A DNA stretch of 64,000 nucleotides. Source: Octopus sinensis (Eukaryota). The stretch's first letter is position 1, and each line of letters starts with the position of its first letter. The notes beneath the pieces were generated by a model, which saw nothing but the letters and a program-made list of their open reading frames with translations, did not search any database and was not told the DNA's origin. The DNA lies in the NCBI RefSeq assembly GCF_006345805.1, contig NC_043020.1:20336001-20400000 (forward strand), written 5' to 3'. The position numbers were made by a program, and so were the translations under genes. Of the stretch, positions 39,358-53,014 are shown piece after piece.

Positions 39358-39991
39358 CTAATGCAGTTTCGCACCTCTCCTTGAAAAATGCATTTTTTGG
39401 AAAAAAAATTTCATATTCCTTACGTTTTAGATGTTGGAGATTACGAACATATGCAAAAAAAAACCTCTCCAAATTTAAAACTTTGAACTTTTTTTCCCCT
39501 TGTGTGTTTAGATGACGGAGATTCTGAATATGCAAGAAACCACGTTTTCAAAATTTTAAATTCAATAAGCTTATAGATATTATGTTACAAAGAGATAGAT
39601 AGGAATGTCTTCCTGGGGCTAAAAACAACAGTAACGCGTCCTCTTCTATGGGACCGCTACTTTTGGTTGACAAATATATTTTATGAATAAACGGACAGGG
39701 ATAAATAGAGAAACAGATAAATAAGTAAATGGAGGAAAAAGTTATTTACGATTAAAAACGCAAATTCTTTTCACTTTAATGTTTTTGTCTGTATTTAATT
39801 TCGATCTGCACATGTTCGTCAATTCGCTACGATTTCTTTAAAGTAAACGAAATCAAAAATTTAAATTGGGAGGGGTGGGGGTGAAACTGGAAAAAATATT
39901 GGGGGGGGGGCATATTCGCAATCTCCATCTAAAACGTAGGATTCCGAAATATTAAATGCATTTTTCAAGGAGAGGTGCGAAACTACATTAG
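39358..39991. mobile_element. MITE with ~90-bp TIRs and internal subrepeat
   Basis: CTAATG(C/T)AGTTTCGCACCTCTCCTTGAAAAA(A)TGCATT..TACGTTTTAGATG..GGAGATT at both ends, inverted; the subrepeat TTTAGATG..GGAGATT..GAATATGC recurs at about 39507. Confidence 0.88.
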
Positions 39992-41934
39992 CTTCACAAA
40001 TTACTATGTAAACCATGTGTAATCTTTTTCAGCAATCCTAACTACCTTATTTGGGAAAAATTTTTAATCCATTCTCAAATAACATCTCCCTTACAACGAT
40101 TCTAAGAGAAGAAAAATTAATGATTATTAATAAAGTTTCAGTTTTATTCCAGAGTTACAACAATGAATGTCTAAAAGAGTGATTGAAACTCAAGGGTAGA
40201 TTAAAAACTGAAGGCAAATACACACTTGAATGCGCAAAATCATATTTACAGATAAAAAAAAAATTAAATCGACTATTTACATTTGGGGGATGGAATTTTT
40301 TTCAAAGCGAAATGAAATCTGAAATAGCAGGGGGTGAGGTGAAAATGACACATAAACAACATTTACACTAGGCATGTCTGGTAATGTATGTGACGGGAGA
40401 TTTGGTACAATTCTGCTATGGTTAACGTTGTTTGTCCAGCTTTACAGATACAAATGAACACAATGTAAGAGAAAATCTCGGAAAGTGACTGACCAAACAG
40501 TGTGGTCAATTAAGTCGTTCACTGACATGAAGGAGTAAGTTAGGCATTACTTCACAAATGTCCATCAAAGAACAATTAACTCTGTGCAAAGATGCAAAAA
40601 GCTAATGAAGAAATACGAAACATAACATTGATTATATATATAGAGATAAAACTGAAACTACAACTGAATGGTCACTGTTGGACAAACCGAAACCAGAGCA
40701 ACCGGAGAAACACCACCCACAAATTTAGTTAAAACCATCGATAGTATCGTCAAAATTAATTTCATACATGGACACATTGCCTAAGATTTACCAAAACAAT
40801 GAGAAAAACTGTTGTATTTATTCAACCCTTCTCAAAATTACTGAGAATGAACCGCCACTTGGAATTGAAACCAAATTAGAGTGGAGTGTCTTTCCAATAT
40901 ATAATAGGAGGAGACAACACACCACAAAACAAAGGAGTATTTGGAAATTGTAATAAAAACTGAAAAGGAATACTTTCAACTGGGAACAAAACCGGGTTGT
41001 ATCCGGTAGACAGGCTTCAAACCTGTCATTAACACCAAGGTTTGATAAATTGTTTGTTGACCTGGGCAATTGACAGATATTCATGTTGATAGAACGATTA
41101 TAGAGGGAAAGGAATGGGTAAGATTTTATTTTTAAGTAATAAAATATACAATTTCAACAGTAGCAAAAATTAAAGGGTTAACAGTGTATACAAAGAAGAG
41201 GGGGAAAAAACGCATGCGAAAGCAAAATCTGAGGAAAGACATGTTTCCCCCACCCATGTAATATTAATATTATTATTACTACTACTACTATGTGAGTGGA
41301 GATATGTGGTTAAAAAGTAAGACTTTAAGTGTATAAATTTTACAAAATAACTGAACAGTAAATATAAAACAACAGCACGCCGCCCATATCTCACTGCATG
41401 TTCAACAAAATTCAGGGGTTTTTTTTTTACCCTTCTTTAAAGATTTGTGTATATAGGGCGGGGTAGAATATGTGTAACATAGATGGGGGAGGCTTTAGAA
41501 ATCACACACCTTAGAAATGGAACCACACACAACTTATAGAGACGTAAATGTGACAGAGAAAAGAAACAATTATTCACATCATATATTTGCACTGACAAGG
41601 CAATGGCTGTGGAGGTGGTATCCATTCTTGTATGTAACCAGTATTTACCATTGCCTCCTGTTGATAGGATTTGAACATAGAATAGTGAAGTAATGTAGAA
41701 TATTGAAATAGAATCTATGTAAGTGGGTCAAGGATATCACATTAGCTGTACATACACATATATACATGTCTCATATAATATATATTAATATATAGTCGTA
41801 TACTTTTGTGTGCAGCTATACATACAGACACACACGTGTGTGTGTGTGTGATAAAGACATAGGGCCACAGTAATTTCTTATATTGGCAAAATGAGATTAA
41901 AAACTAAAGCCTCTTTATATACATTAGCAGTGGC

Positions 41935-41965
<31 letters not shown>

Positions 41966-44004
41966 GTCAAGAACATACCCGTACAGAGGTTAGGGCTGAA
42001 AAAGAAGTTTTGAATACAGAAAGTAGGAGGCCATTAAGAACCAAAAAATTGTAGTAGCTTAGAAGGGAGCAGGTTTAAAACTGGTCTTTATTTAACCAAC
42101 CTGAAATTCCGATGGGTAGAAGCAATAGCAGTGAACTATTCTGTGCTAGATTATTATTGATGATGGAGCCAACACATGGCTGTCGACACACAGACATAGA
42201 AACTTCTTGTATTTTTGTTTGCTACTCTGTTTTTGGAGAGCCTTTTCCATATACAACAAACTGATTCTTCATACAGAACAATTATTTTTTTTTCTCTTAT
42301 TAGTTTTTAATAAAGGTTGCTTCTAAAAAAAAAATACCAAGCAATTACATTTTACCCTTACTCGCAAAGTTTATGGCGATTCCCTTACGATGCACACAGC
42401 GAATAAAAATTGGTTAAACATTCAATAAACAGAAACTACAATTTGTTCATATACATTAACACACACATACGTGTGTGCATGTATGTAAATAATACATACT
42501 TGTATTGTCCGCGTAATATATATAATGATACACGTATTTATACATACATATACTACACAGTATTTAAGACGAAATGTTTGTAATATCTGGTTGCAAAATT
42601 CCCTCTGAAATCAACAACAAAATTAAGTCCTCGTTGAGAGATATTAGAAATATTCTGTAGAACTAAAATAATAAAACCGTTCACTCCAACTAATTAAATA
42701 TGTCTAAGCATATTGATCGAGTACAACTACAATTTAAAAAAGTATCCAGCCATGACCATCACCTATTTTGAAATATCTAGCACCACATTATTTTGTGTTT
42801 TTCTTTTTCAAGACAGTTCAGTGTTTGAAAATGAATTAACTGCCATTTCTGATATCTGAAGCGAGCTCCAAAGCGTTACACTGTTGACAGTAATATTACT
42901 ACTACTACTACTACTACTACAGTAATAATGTTACACACTCAACATTTATGGTAGTTGTTTGTTATCAGTCTGGAGAGTCATTTGCTTTGTGTGTGTGTGA
43001 CAAGCAGGATCACTGACCAGCCCACCTAATCATTTACATTTTCACAAAGATCCCTTTGGGTTTATATTATATATAATTCCTTTCGATGGGGAGGGGGAAC
43101 ACAAAGCCATCAATAATAAGCATGTAAATACTGGGTTAAAAACAGACTTGGATGGGAAGGTTGAAGGCTGCCAGTAGGACGTAAACAAAATATATATATC
43201 CTGTTAATATGAACCTTCCATATAGTATGTTGCTTAGAAATTTATACGTACATATATATATAAACTATATATACACGCACACACAAACTCGTATATACGT
43301 ACTGTAAATATTACCGGTATGTTGTATGTGTGAGTATAAAGCAGCATATAAAAATACAGAATTGCTATTTACTGTGAATATTATACACTAGAGAATTTTA
43401 CTGTATAATAGTATATATGTTCCACTACATTACATTAATTAACCGGCACTCTCTCTGTGTGAATAAGATGCAATTAAAGTTGGATTTCAAAAACCATGGT
43501 GGTTGGTTTTCACCAATCGTGATGATAGTGATGTATATAATAGAGGTACAACTATATAAATACTCGTTCAGAGATTTATTATTGCTATATAAATACTAGT
43601 GTTGGTATTAATATGAGAACAGTAGAGATGTTACCGATAAAGTGGGGTGGTGGTATTATAAGTAAATAACAGTAGTTATGGTAGTGTAGAATGTTATAGA
43701 AGAAACGAAATAAAAAAAAACTTGTAAAGTTAAGCAATGAAGTAGGTGTAAAGTTAACCAGTTCTGAATTATTTGGGTCAGAATGTGAGTGACGTATAAC
43801 AACGACATATCTTAAATACATAAGATCATCGCAATGACTAGGTCGGTTACCGGTTTAACTAAGACTTTAAATGTAAGAAGAAATTTATCACTATTCTTGA
43901 AGTAGAGAAAGCACATGGTTTACCCCTATGTGTGTGTGTGTCGTCAGTAAATTGGAAAGAGAAGCATACTCTAAGTTACAGAAAAGTAGAGGAATGAAAT
44001 AGAA

Positions 44005-44137
44005 ATAGTTATGGCCGGTCTCAGGGGTTACCCAGGGTTTCACGTCCAACGTCTCTCCAGAACCTGAAGAAGCGCAGTAAAGCAAGCGCTCCATGAACGT
44101 GAAACCCTGGGTAACCCCTGAGACCGGCCATAACTAT
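44005..44137. repeat. GC-rich palindrome, perfect 41-bp arms, 51-nt spacer
   Basis: 44005-44045 is the exact reverse complement of 44097-44137; the spacer holds a small AGCGC/GCGCT stem after CTGAAGA. Confidence 0.97.
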
Positions 44138-44146
44138 CTTTATCTA

Positions 44147-44185
<39 letters not shown>

Positions 44186-44580
44186 CTGCTGCATTATACA
44201 TGATGGCAGCATAAACAATATAAACTAGGTTAACTTTGCATCAACAAATGTGTATATAATGCTGAACAGTGAATAGTATAAGCACCTGAGTTAACAAAAC
44301 AATTCGTTTAATTTATCAGTGACAAATTTTAGAGTTTTTTTCCCCCTCAATACTTTTTGCCTAATTGACAAACTACTTGCGATTGGGGATTGTGAGCGTT
44401 TTCACTGGTCACATTCAAGTGAGCAATTAGCTAAGATCATCGCATGTCAATGACTATTTAACCGAATACGAGGAATACGAAGTAGAAGAGAGAATAGTAT
44501 TTGTAGAGACCTATAAACACTCACTATTCAACACGCATGTCAGAAAGATGGAGTAATAAATATTAACCTTCGTAACTTAC

Positions 44581-46175
44581 ATGACTGCGTAGGATTACAG
44601 TCACAAGCAATAGTGTGAGGAGGAGCCTGGTCTCGCACGCTCACACACCAATAAAAACACATACCTATACACACACACACCTACATAAAACATACAAAGA
44701 GATACTGATAAACTGTTGGGACAGTCATTCGGAGAGGATAACCTCAGGCACCGACAAGTGTGTGATATGAAGTTACTGAAGAGCAATAGAAGCATTTAAC
44801 ATTTAATCACCCAAATATATACATGTGTGTATGTATACGCGCGCACAAACCATTTAAATAAAGTTCCATTAAAATATATAACTTTACATCAATCCTAACA
44901 CAGTAACAAGTTGAACTATATTGTTCCTTACCTCAAAAACGTTAACAGTTATATCATGGTGTTCCTGGTGAGACGTATCCAAGGTAAAACAAACATCTCT
45001 ATAACGTTGTTGTCTCTCAATATATATATATATATATATATACGCAACAACAATAATAGTTTAGTTGTTTAATAGAGTAGAAATTGAGATGAAAATTGAA
45101 GATTAAGTTTGAAAGGTAATCCTAAATAAGACTGCAAACTTAGAAACTGTGGGAATATGGGACGTTGTAAATGATGTGTTTATTGAAGAGGGTGTGTATG
45201 TAAGTGTTAGCGATATTTGTGAGAGAGAGAAAAAGAGGAGTTGTGTGTTAAGAGAAGGTAATATAAGGATTCTGTTGTTTAATAATTATGTAAAATAAAC
45301 TGAGACTGTCTTTCCCAGCTTTAAATAGCTTCATTGAAAACATTTGCCATAAATCAGATCGAAGTTTTTTTGTTTTTTTTCACACATCTATATAAAAAGG
45401 ATTTCATCTGGAATTATTGAAATACAACTGAAATTACAATTTGTATTTAAAAGCTGTTAATTCCATTTGCTGTGATCCTTCGATATAATGTTGTTAAAAA
45501 ATATTCATGTATCATATTTTCTTTCAATATATTTATGCAATGTGGAAAATATAAAGAAAAAAAATCACTTTCCTCTCTCAAACTTTTGTTTCTTTTAAAT
45601 AGTGATTTAATCTCACAGAATAACAATAAAAACAGTAAACTTCAACAACATTTAGTAAGATCGATGGGTCAAGTTCGATACGAATCAACCTTGTTCAGTG
45701 TGGTTTTAGTAAAGATAGAAATTTTGATTGGGATTTTGTCGTGTTTTACTTTGTTTTCAGAAAAAGAAAACAATATACACAACTTGTAAATATATACAAA
45801 ACTAAAGTTTTGATTTAATAGTAATGAATTCGCATATACTTCATTAAAGAGTAAACCCCGAGTAATCATACATGTGTGAGTAAAAATGGGAAACGAGGAA
45901 ACTCGGAGTAACGATTTGTGAAGTTTCAATTTCCAATAAAAATATTTACTTTCCGTATTCACTTCTTCCTTCTCGCCTTGTTCACACACAAATATAATTA
46001 TATAACTGGTAGATACTCTCCTCCACGTAGCGTTACTATTTACCACAATGTAGTTTATGTATGTTATATACAAGCACACACGTTTATATGTGTGTGTACT
46101 GTATATTATTTACAGAGAAGCCTTCATTCCTTCGGTGTACGTCCGTTCGCAGGGTCTGTCCACAAAGTCAAATAG
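44581..46175 (-). CDS. Candidate spliced exon chain 46175-46114, 44998-44932, 44626-44581 (LFDFVDRPCERTYTEGMKASL-DVCFTLDTSHQEHHDITVNVFE-APPHTIACDCNPTQS)
   Basis: Each piece has AG/GT ends (donors GTAAAT, GTAAGG, GTAAGT) and phases chain 0-2, 2-0, 0-1; lies just downstream of the minus arm of the promoter. Could be 5-prime UTR or non-coding exons; no homology recognised. Confidence 0.3.
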
Positions 46176-46499
46176 CTATGTAATAACATACATTCATATA
46201 TACATGTATATATAATGTAATCCATTGGGTTGTTGCAGGGTGCCAGTAGTAAAAGAGGCAACGAATGACAACGGCGAGAGAAGTAAGCGCTAAATATGCA
46301 ACATGTCTGTAAAGATGTTTTTAGTGAAAGGGTGAAATGTCAGTGACGGGTGGCGGAGACAGCGGAGGTGTGTAGCAGTGTGGATTACAGAAACAACAGT
46401 GTTGGGCCGAACTAATGGACAGCTTGACTGGATGGCTATAAGTGTGTAGAATATAAGAACATGTAGAAGAAGTGAGTAAGTGGAGGTCGGCTGTACGCA

Positions 46500-47250
46500 G
46501 TGACTGGCAGGCAAACATGGCCGCTCATCACTCTTCTTACTAATGTTGTTGTTGTGATGCTGCTGTTCCTTCTTTTCCTTTGGAGCTGATGTTGTTAAAC
46601 AACAACAGGAGACTTTCTTAAAATCACATAAAACAAGTAAATTGCTTTCAAATAATTATGTTGGTAATTTCAAGTTATGTTAGCTGGTTGTCAAGTTGCC
46701 TTGCTGTGGTAACAATTTAGCAAGTCGTCAGAAGACCGGACCAAAGTGACATAACAACCGAACATTTGAAGGAAATCGAAACGGAACTTCCTTTAAAAAA
46801 AAAAAAAAACCAAACAACAACAAAAAAAGCTGGCGACGAAGACACGTGACCAAAATATATGGAAAAGTTACATGACAATAAATATTTCTAGCAGAGCTAC
46901 TTTTGAGGAAAAAATTGTATTGGAATATTTGTTTTAATCTGTTTTGTTTCTTATTTTTAATCTTTCGAACAAAATAACATAAGTAACAGTTACAACACTG
47001 GCTTTTGTAAAAATAATTTATAAAATAATTTTATTTGTTTAATTCAGAGCGAACTGAACTGATTAACAAATGATAACGATGCAAAAACTTATTTCGTAAT
47101 ACGAAAATCAGTTGAGGAACTTCTATTCCTCCATACTATATGCCACGTGATCTCAAAATGGCGTCTTTCCCTCCTCTCAGCCAGATCGACCATGTTTTTG
47201 CATCTGGCTGCTCGGTTTGGAGGGTTTAGTTCGGCATGTTTAGATGTACG
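46500..47250. promoter_or_regulatory. Probable bidirectional promoter
   Basis: E-boxes CACGTGAC 46843-46850 and CACGTGA 47144-47150; ETS-like ACTTCC 46786-46791; YY1/Kozak-type AAAATGGCG 47155-47163 (+) and GCGGCCATGTTT 46513-46524 (-); poly(A) tract at about 46795-46828; high CpG. Confidence 0.65.
47192..47245 (+). CDS. Candidate first coding exon of a plus-strand gene (MFLHLAARFGGFSSACLD)
   Basis: accATG downstream of the promoter motifs and donor GTACGG in phase 0; an upstream ATG at 47158 opens a 23-codon uORF ending at 47229. Speculative. Confidence 0.22.
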
Positions 47251-50200
47251 GATTAAAGTTCAAATTCTCTGGCTGTGAACAACTTCACATACATGACAAA
47301 CCAATCTAAGAGATATTTATTCCTCTAGCTCAGTTGAGAAATTCGGTTCATAATTTTATATGGATATTTCTATTTCTTGTCAGTTTCGTAAAAAAAAAAG
47401 CATATTAAAAACAAAAATTTCAAACTTTGTCAAAAAAAAAGTATATCTTCTCCAGTTAATATTTTAATATATATAAAACCCAACAAAACATGAAGTAGAA
47501 CATAGGTTAAGGACGGGGAAAATGCGATGATGTTATATTGTTTTCATAAGGGTAATGTAGTGAAAATACAGCAGTAGCAGCAAGAGATTGAAACTGGAGC
47601 TAACTATCTTCGTTCATTGAGAACATTGCTCAGTAATAAAAATGATAATGTTTACTTATATAAGTGCATAGAAGTGTTTTGAGAAGGTTAAAGGATGAAC
47701 AAAAGCAAAATTACATTCAAATTACCAACTAGTAAAGTTTAAACCTACATTCTTAGTGTTACTGTAAATATTAACATTAAATATATATATTTTTCTAACA
47801 AAGGTCTTGCTTGAAATACCAGTACTCTCATCTCCCATGGCATACAAACTTTAAATTTATGAGTTTTACTGAATGATTTTTTTTTTTTTTGCTGATGCAG
47901 ACTACTACAAGTTTCTGTGAACGCTGACTTATTTGCAATATGCTTTAATCACAGAACAAAATTGAAGAAAATGAACTAAAAGGTATTTTTGATATCTATG
48001 GCGAGATCTTGTCATATTCTAATATATGTTCCATTTGTCCAAATAAAGACCACATGTCCTAAAACTTATCCTGGGAGCACAACTAACTTCTCCAAAATTT
48101 GAACTATCTTAACTCTCTTGCAACTCTCCACAAGCATACAAGACAGACGCAGAAATCATCATTATTTTATAACCATTTTTTCCACTCCTGCTGATATGGG
48201 TTCGACAGGTCTCCACCAGCATAGCATCTTACCACTTATAACAGTCAAATATCATTTTCCTGGGGTACAGTACCCTCAGATCAGTCTTCATTTCTTTGAT
48301 CTTCTTCTTCTGCAGGCTCCATCATATGTATTTACCCATGATTTTCTCTCTCGCACATTACAGTAGATTCTTCACAAACCCAATCTGTGCTCCACAGTTT
48401 GGGCACACTTGACATTAGACATCCAGTGAAACAAATTGTCATGTCTGAAGGGATTGTCAAGTTGAAAGTGAGGAACCCATACATTTGCATGCCTAAGTAA
48501 ACAAAACAAACCATCAAAAGTTGTAGTCTTCCCTATTGAGTAGTTACTCCAAATTTCCACAATTTTAAAAAAGTCCTGTGAACAGAAAATACTTAATTTG
48601 TACTTCTCCATTCACTGTAAACCCTATGTATACAACTGCTTATGTACCAAACAGAATATCTTTCTTACATGCTTACTCTTCTAACCATCTATATATAGTT
48701 ATCTTAGCAAACTGGAAGTGGGTTTCTCTTTGGAAATAGTTATGAGAGAATAAATAGTAAAGTAACACCTGTCACATAGAATCAGTATCACAGTAGGAGA
48801 CTGTTTTGGGACAAATAAAAGGTTCTGGTTCCACGTTTTTAAAAATTATTAACGGTTAAAAGTTTAACTGAAAATTTGTATCATGATTATATAGATGGAC
48901 ATTATTAATGGTTTGGTATGTTGTGAAGCAACCAGCTTTTTATTATTTCATCTTTATAGTTATTTCTAGTTGTTTTTGGCATACATATTCATTATATACG
49001 TATGTGTGTGTGTTTGTGTGTACACACACGCACACAAATAAGTATCTATGCAAAAAAATATACACACATGCATGTGTGTGTGTGTGTGTGTGTGTTTATA
49101 CAGAAAGCAGTGCAGCGGCAGCAATTCAGGTTGACAAGCCTTTCAAAGAACAACATTGATGATGTAAAGACGAGAAGCTTACGAAAGCTGTTACCTAGCA
49201 ACAAAGACATTTTGCTTGGCAATATTATCAGTGAAACAGAACAACTGAAATCTTGGACCTCAGCCCTCTCTCTCTCTCTCTATCAGACACATACTTAGAA
49301 TAATCAGATTGAGAGACGAAAGGAAATGTGTATTGAGAAATAGATGAATTAAAAAATAAATAAATAAAATATGAAGGTGATGATAAAACTTGTAAAATAT
49401 TTTAACTGACATGAAAAAAGGCCATAGAGTATGTGTGAATGTATGTGTGAGTTTATATACATACAAAACATAGCTCATACTAGATTATTATTTAAATTAT
49501 ATTTTATTCCTTTTCTAAAAAAAATGTTTGTAACCTGTTTGGAATATGGCTGAGGAGACCTAAATATCATGATGACATTGAGTATAGTGGAGTGCATTTC
49601 TGAGTTCAAATCTAGTGGGGATAGAATGACCTTGAATTTGATCAAGGAAGTGGGGAGGTTAATGAAATCATTAAATCAAACAAAAACAGAAAAAAAAAGA
49701 AAGGGAAATTCCATTGTTTTAATGGGTTTGTAATTTCTGGTGCTTAATTCCAATTTGAAAGTTAAAAATCCATGATAAATCTTTACTTAGGAATTGATAA
49801 AATGTTGACAAATCTTTGTGGTGACAACCACAAGGGAACAGAAATTCTTCTCCTGTTGCCAATGCCAGTCAACAATTCCTGAAATTCTCATTGCAAACAT
49901 TAACTTTTGTGGTTTTTACCTGCCATCTGTCTTTGTAATAACTATAATTGACCCTTGTTCTTCAGATCTAGTTAATCATATGCTGATTGGCCCTAATCCT
50001 ATTCAACACACTGATCTCTTTTCTCTGCCATCTGAAATAACACATCATTAACTTCCTCACCCTATATTATAAATTCTCTCTTCAATCAGCAAACAGGCAG
50101 AATTGTCAGAGAGGTGGATGAAGTACTTCAGAGTATTGACTGAGGCCACCTGTGTTCTTAGTTAAAATCCTATTGAGGTTTAAAATGAAGTCCCTGATCA

Positions 50201-51378
50201 GAGCAGTGTACTGGTCTGAGTATACCTTAACCCCTCTTCTCCCTCTCATCAGTTTTGGCAGACTAGAAAAGTGCTTCTTATTGACTACCCATACCTGTGC
50301 ATGTGTTCCATTAGCTTGCCCATACTCACCTTTGCTACACCTACTATCTACAACTGCAACATTTCAAGCTAAACAAAAAGGAACACAGGAATCTAGAGAG
50401 ACAAATGAGACTGTGTGGGGATCATGCCTTTATCAAATACATTTGTGGATTTATGAGAAAGGTGAAAATGCTTTAAAGAGTGTTAAAACAGGATTGCAGA
50501 ATTTGTTTGCATCACCAAATAATGTTAAAATGAAAACACTTATTTAGCTAATAGTTAACAATTTGTTGGTTGATTGATGATGCTAATTTTCAACACACAC
50601 ATTCATGTACACAGAGAAAGGCATACAATCACATGAACACATACAGACACACAAAGTCAAACACACACACACTAATTTCCTAGTTTGTGGCCTGCTCATT
50701 TTAAAAGCAAAAACTAAATTATTTACAACAGAATTTGACTAATTCGTTTTGAAAGTCACTTGTTTTTGCTCTCTTTCTCCCATCCCTCATATTCATAACT
50801 GCCATTGTCCATGCCAGTGATAGGTCGAAGGTTCATACTCATTCACCACTACTACATTCTGTCATGTGTAAAGACATAATTCTCAACAGCCTAGTCCTTT
50901 TAGCTATACATAGGCTGCCATTGTTGTTTTCAGTCCCAGGTCAGCCTTAATTGAGCAATCCAATGATCAAAAGTGTTCCAACTGTGATGAGACGATTTTT
51001 TATCTTTGTATCTCAAGGACTATACTGTCCAGTGTCCTTCGTTATTTCAAACAGTAGTGATTTCTGAAAGAAATTTGGCTGTTATTTCTATCAAGCTCAG
51101 CAAGTGCATAGAGGCTATGTTATCAGCTTGAGCTGTGAATAAGCACAATGTGGATATATAACATGTAACTGATAACAGTGTTGAGAGAGATGAATTGAAA
51201 CCTATCTACAAGCAACCTCTGGTGTCTATCATGGGAAAAATAGGATTGTATGATATCGCTGTCAAAGGTGTAAGGAGTATGTGTAAAGTAAAATAACTAC
51301 AATTTGAAAATATATTTATTCAACAAAGTCTTTCAAGGAGATAAAATATTCTAGACAAATATATTTAAATGAATTTAA

Positions 51379-51592
51379 CCTTTTGGTATTCAGATTATTT
51401 TGTCAAATGTAAAATTTATTTATTCACAGTCTTGAATTAATCATGCATTATCTCATAGCTTTGATAGTTAAATGATGTGATTGTTTTTAGAATGACATTG
51501 TGGGGTAGGTGTGAGAGGCCAGATTTATCTGGTTTGAGCATAAAACAGGCAAAATATTTGGGCTGGATATAGTCAGTTTAAATGCTAAAGGG
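51379..51592. mobile_element. Complete piggyBac-type MITE
   Basis: TTAA at 51375-51378 and 51593-51596; ends CCTTTTGGTATTCAG and AATGCTAAAGGG. Confidence 0.9.
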
Positions 51593-52900
51593 TTAAAAGA
51601 GTGTTATGCCAACTAATTATTCAGTATATAACTATTTCAGCTATTTCCTCATAGAGAAAAGTAATGATGATGATGATTTCTTATATGTGTACAAAGCTAG
51701 AAATTTGCAGGAAGAAACAGTAGTCAATTATACACCAGCTCCAGTACTTGGTTCTTATCAATCCAGGAATGATGAATAGTAGAGTCAACTTTGGCGTTAT
51801 TTCTATTTGAACTCACAGAATAAAGGAACGAAAGTAAAAAGAATTCAATCCGCCTTTCCACTATTTCTTCCACTCCACCATATTAGGGCCCACCTACAAC
51901 ACAAAAACATATCTTGGATATTTTTACACCAGACCTGGAGATGGAATGTGGAGCCCATCCCTCTTTAGATTTATACAGCTGATCTTTTGGAAAGAGACAG
52001 ACAGACAGACAAAGGAATTGGGCAGGTGCTTTATTTATTGATCTGAAAAGGATGAAAGGCAAATTTAACCTCAGTTGGATTTGAACTCAGAGTTCAGGGA
52101 GCCATAATGAATACTACAAAGCATACTGTTCAATGCTTTAAAGTCTATGTAAGACTTATGATCCAAAGAGACTTCATGGTTACTGGACCTGCTAAAAATA
52201 GCAGCCATGTCTCCCTAAAGTCACACACTAACACTTTAAAAAAAAAAGGACACTTTAGTTGTTATGATTCTAGGTTCCAAGCAAATACAAAAAGGAGCAA
52301 TTGTCACAACTGGAAGGCTCATAGATCTGCTTGATTAGAGCTAATGTAGTTGCTAAACAATAACTACAACAATGATTTGTGAATTAAATCAAATATATTA
52401 ACAGAGTAATTAATTGATATGTGTCTTCCTTAGTGGGCTATATTCAGTCCCAAATTATTTAACATTCCTAAACATCTGCCCTCTAATCACTGAGCTTTCA
52501 CATATACAGTGTGTTTACTAAGTCAACAATGAGTTACAAAATCAAGTATTACTAGGCAGTTATATAGTGTAGGTAACAGTAGGTCACAAGATTGGCAGTG
52601 TGTTATAAGATCATTTGAAGCTGACAAACGCTAAATGATATTTACACCTTGGACTGCACTTTGAAGGAAACCTGTTCCCACCTGAGTGACTGGCATGGAG
52701 ATGCTTATCAACATACACCAACCTCTAGCTCATAGACATGCTGTCTCATCTTTCTGTTTTTCTACCAACTACCATAGTGGCCTCTGTTCTTTGAAGCTGG
52801 CGGGTCTCAGGCTACCTCCACCCATGACTCACTCATTCCTCCTCTTTTTTTTACTAACCAACCTCTATATCCAAACTGCCTTCCCATGGTTTTCTTACAG

Positions 52901-53014
52901 TCATTAAGTTGAAGTTGTTCAAAAAGATCATCAATTACATCAATCTTACTAACCTTAGTCAGCTTGCTGAAGCCATAGGAATAACCCTTTTCCCCAGACA
53001 AAAACATACAAATG
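52901..53014 (+). CDS. Candidate coding exon (xIKLKLFKKIINYINLTNLSQLAEAIGITLFPRQKHTNx)
   Basis: Strong acceptor ggttttcttacAG and donor ATG|GTATGT; 114 nt, single open frame, phase 1 to 1. A phase-compatible candidate follows at 53362-53595 (donor GTAAGT). Confidence 0.38.

Larger units (their letters stand above)
38200..47300. promoter_or_regulatory. CpG-retaining (probably unmethylated) domain
   Basis: CG dinucleotides are visibly frequent in non-repeat DNA here and rare on both sides; judged by eye, not computed. Confidence 0.6.

Noticed and set aside
40400-41100. Possible Penelope RT relic (PTNLVKTIDSIV..HGHI, TLPKIY)
   Set aside because: Motifs are short, in different frames and lack the RPIVS or catalytic segment; not supportable without a profile search.
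42144-42202. IIIDDG, like the GT2 glycosyltransferase motif
   Set aside because: Following residues do not fit, the donor is weak and no supporting exons were found.
43835-43856. TGACTAG start resembling the miR-279 seed
   Set aside because: No complementary precursor arm nearby.
48130-48500. CQVCPNCGAQIG and other Cys-rich pieces on the minus strand
   Set aside because: Stops in all frames; could be a transposase or LINE relic but no family is assignable.
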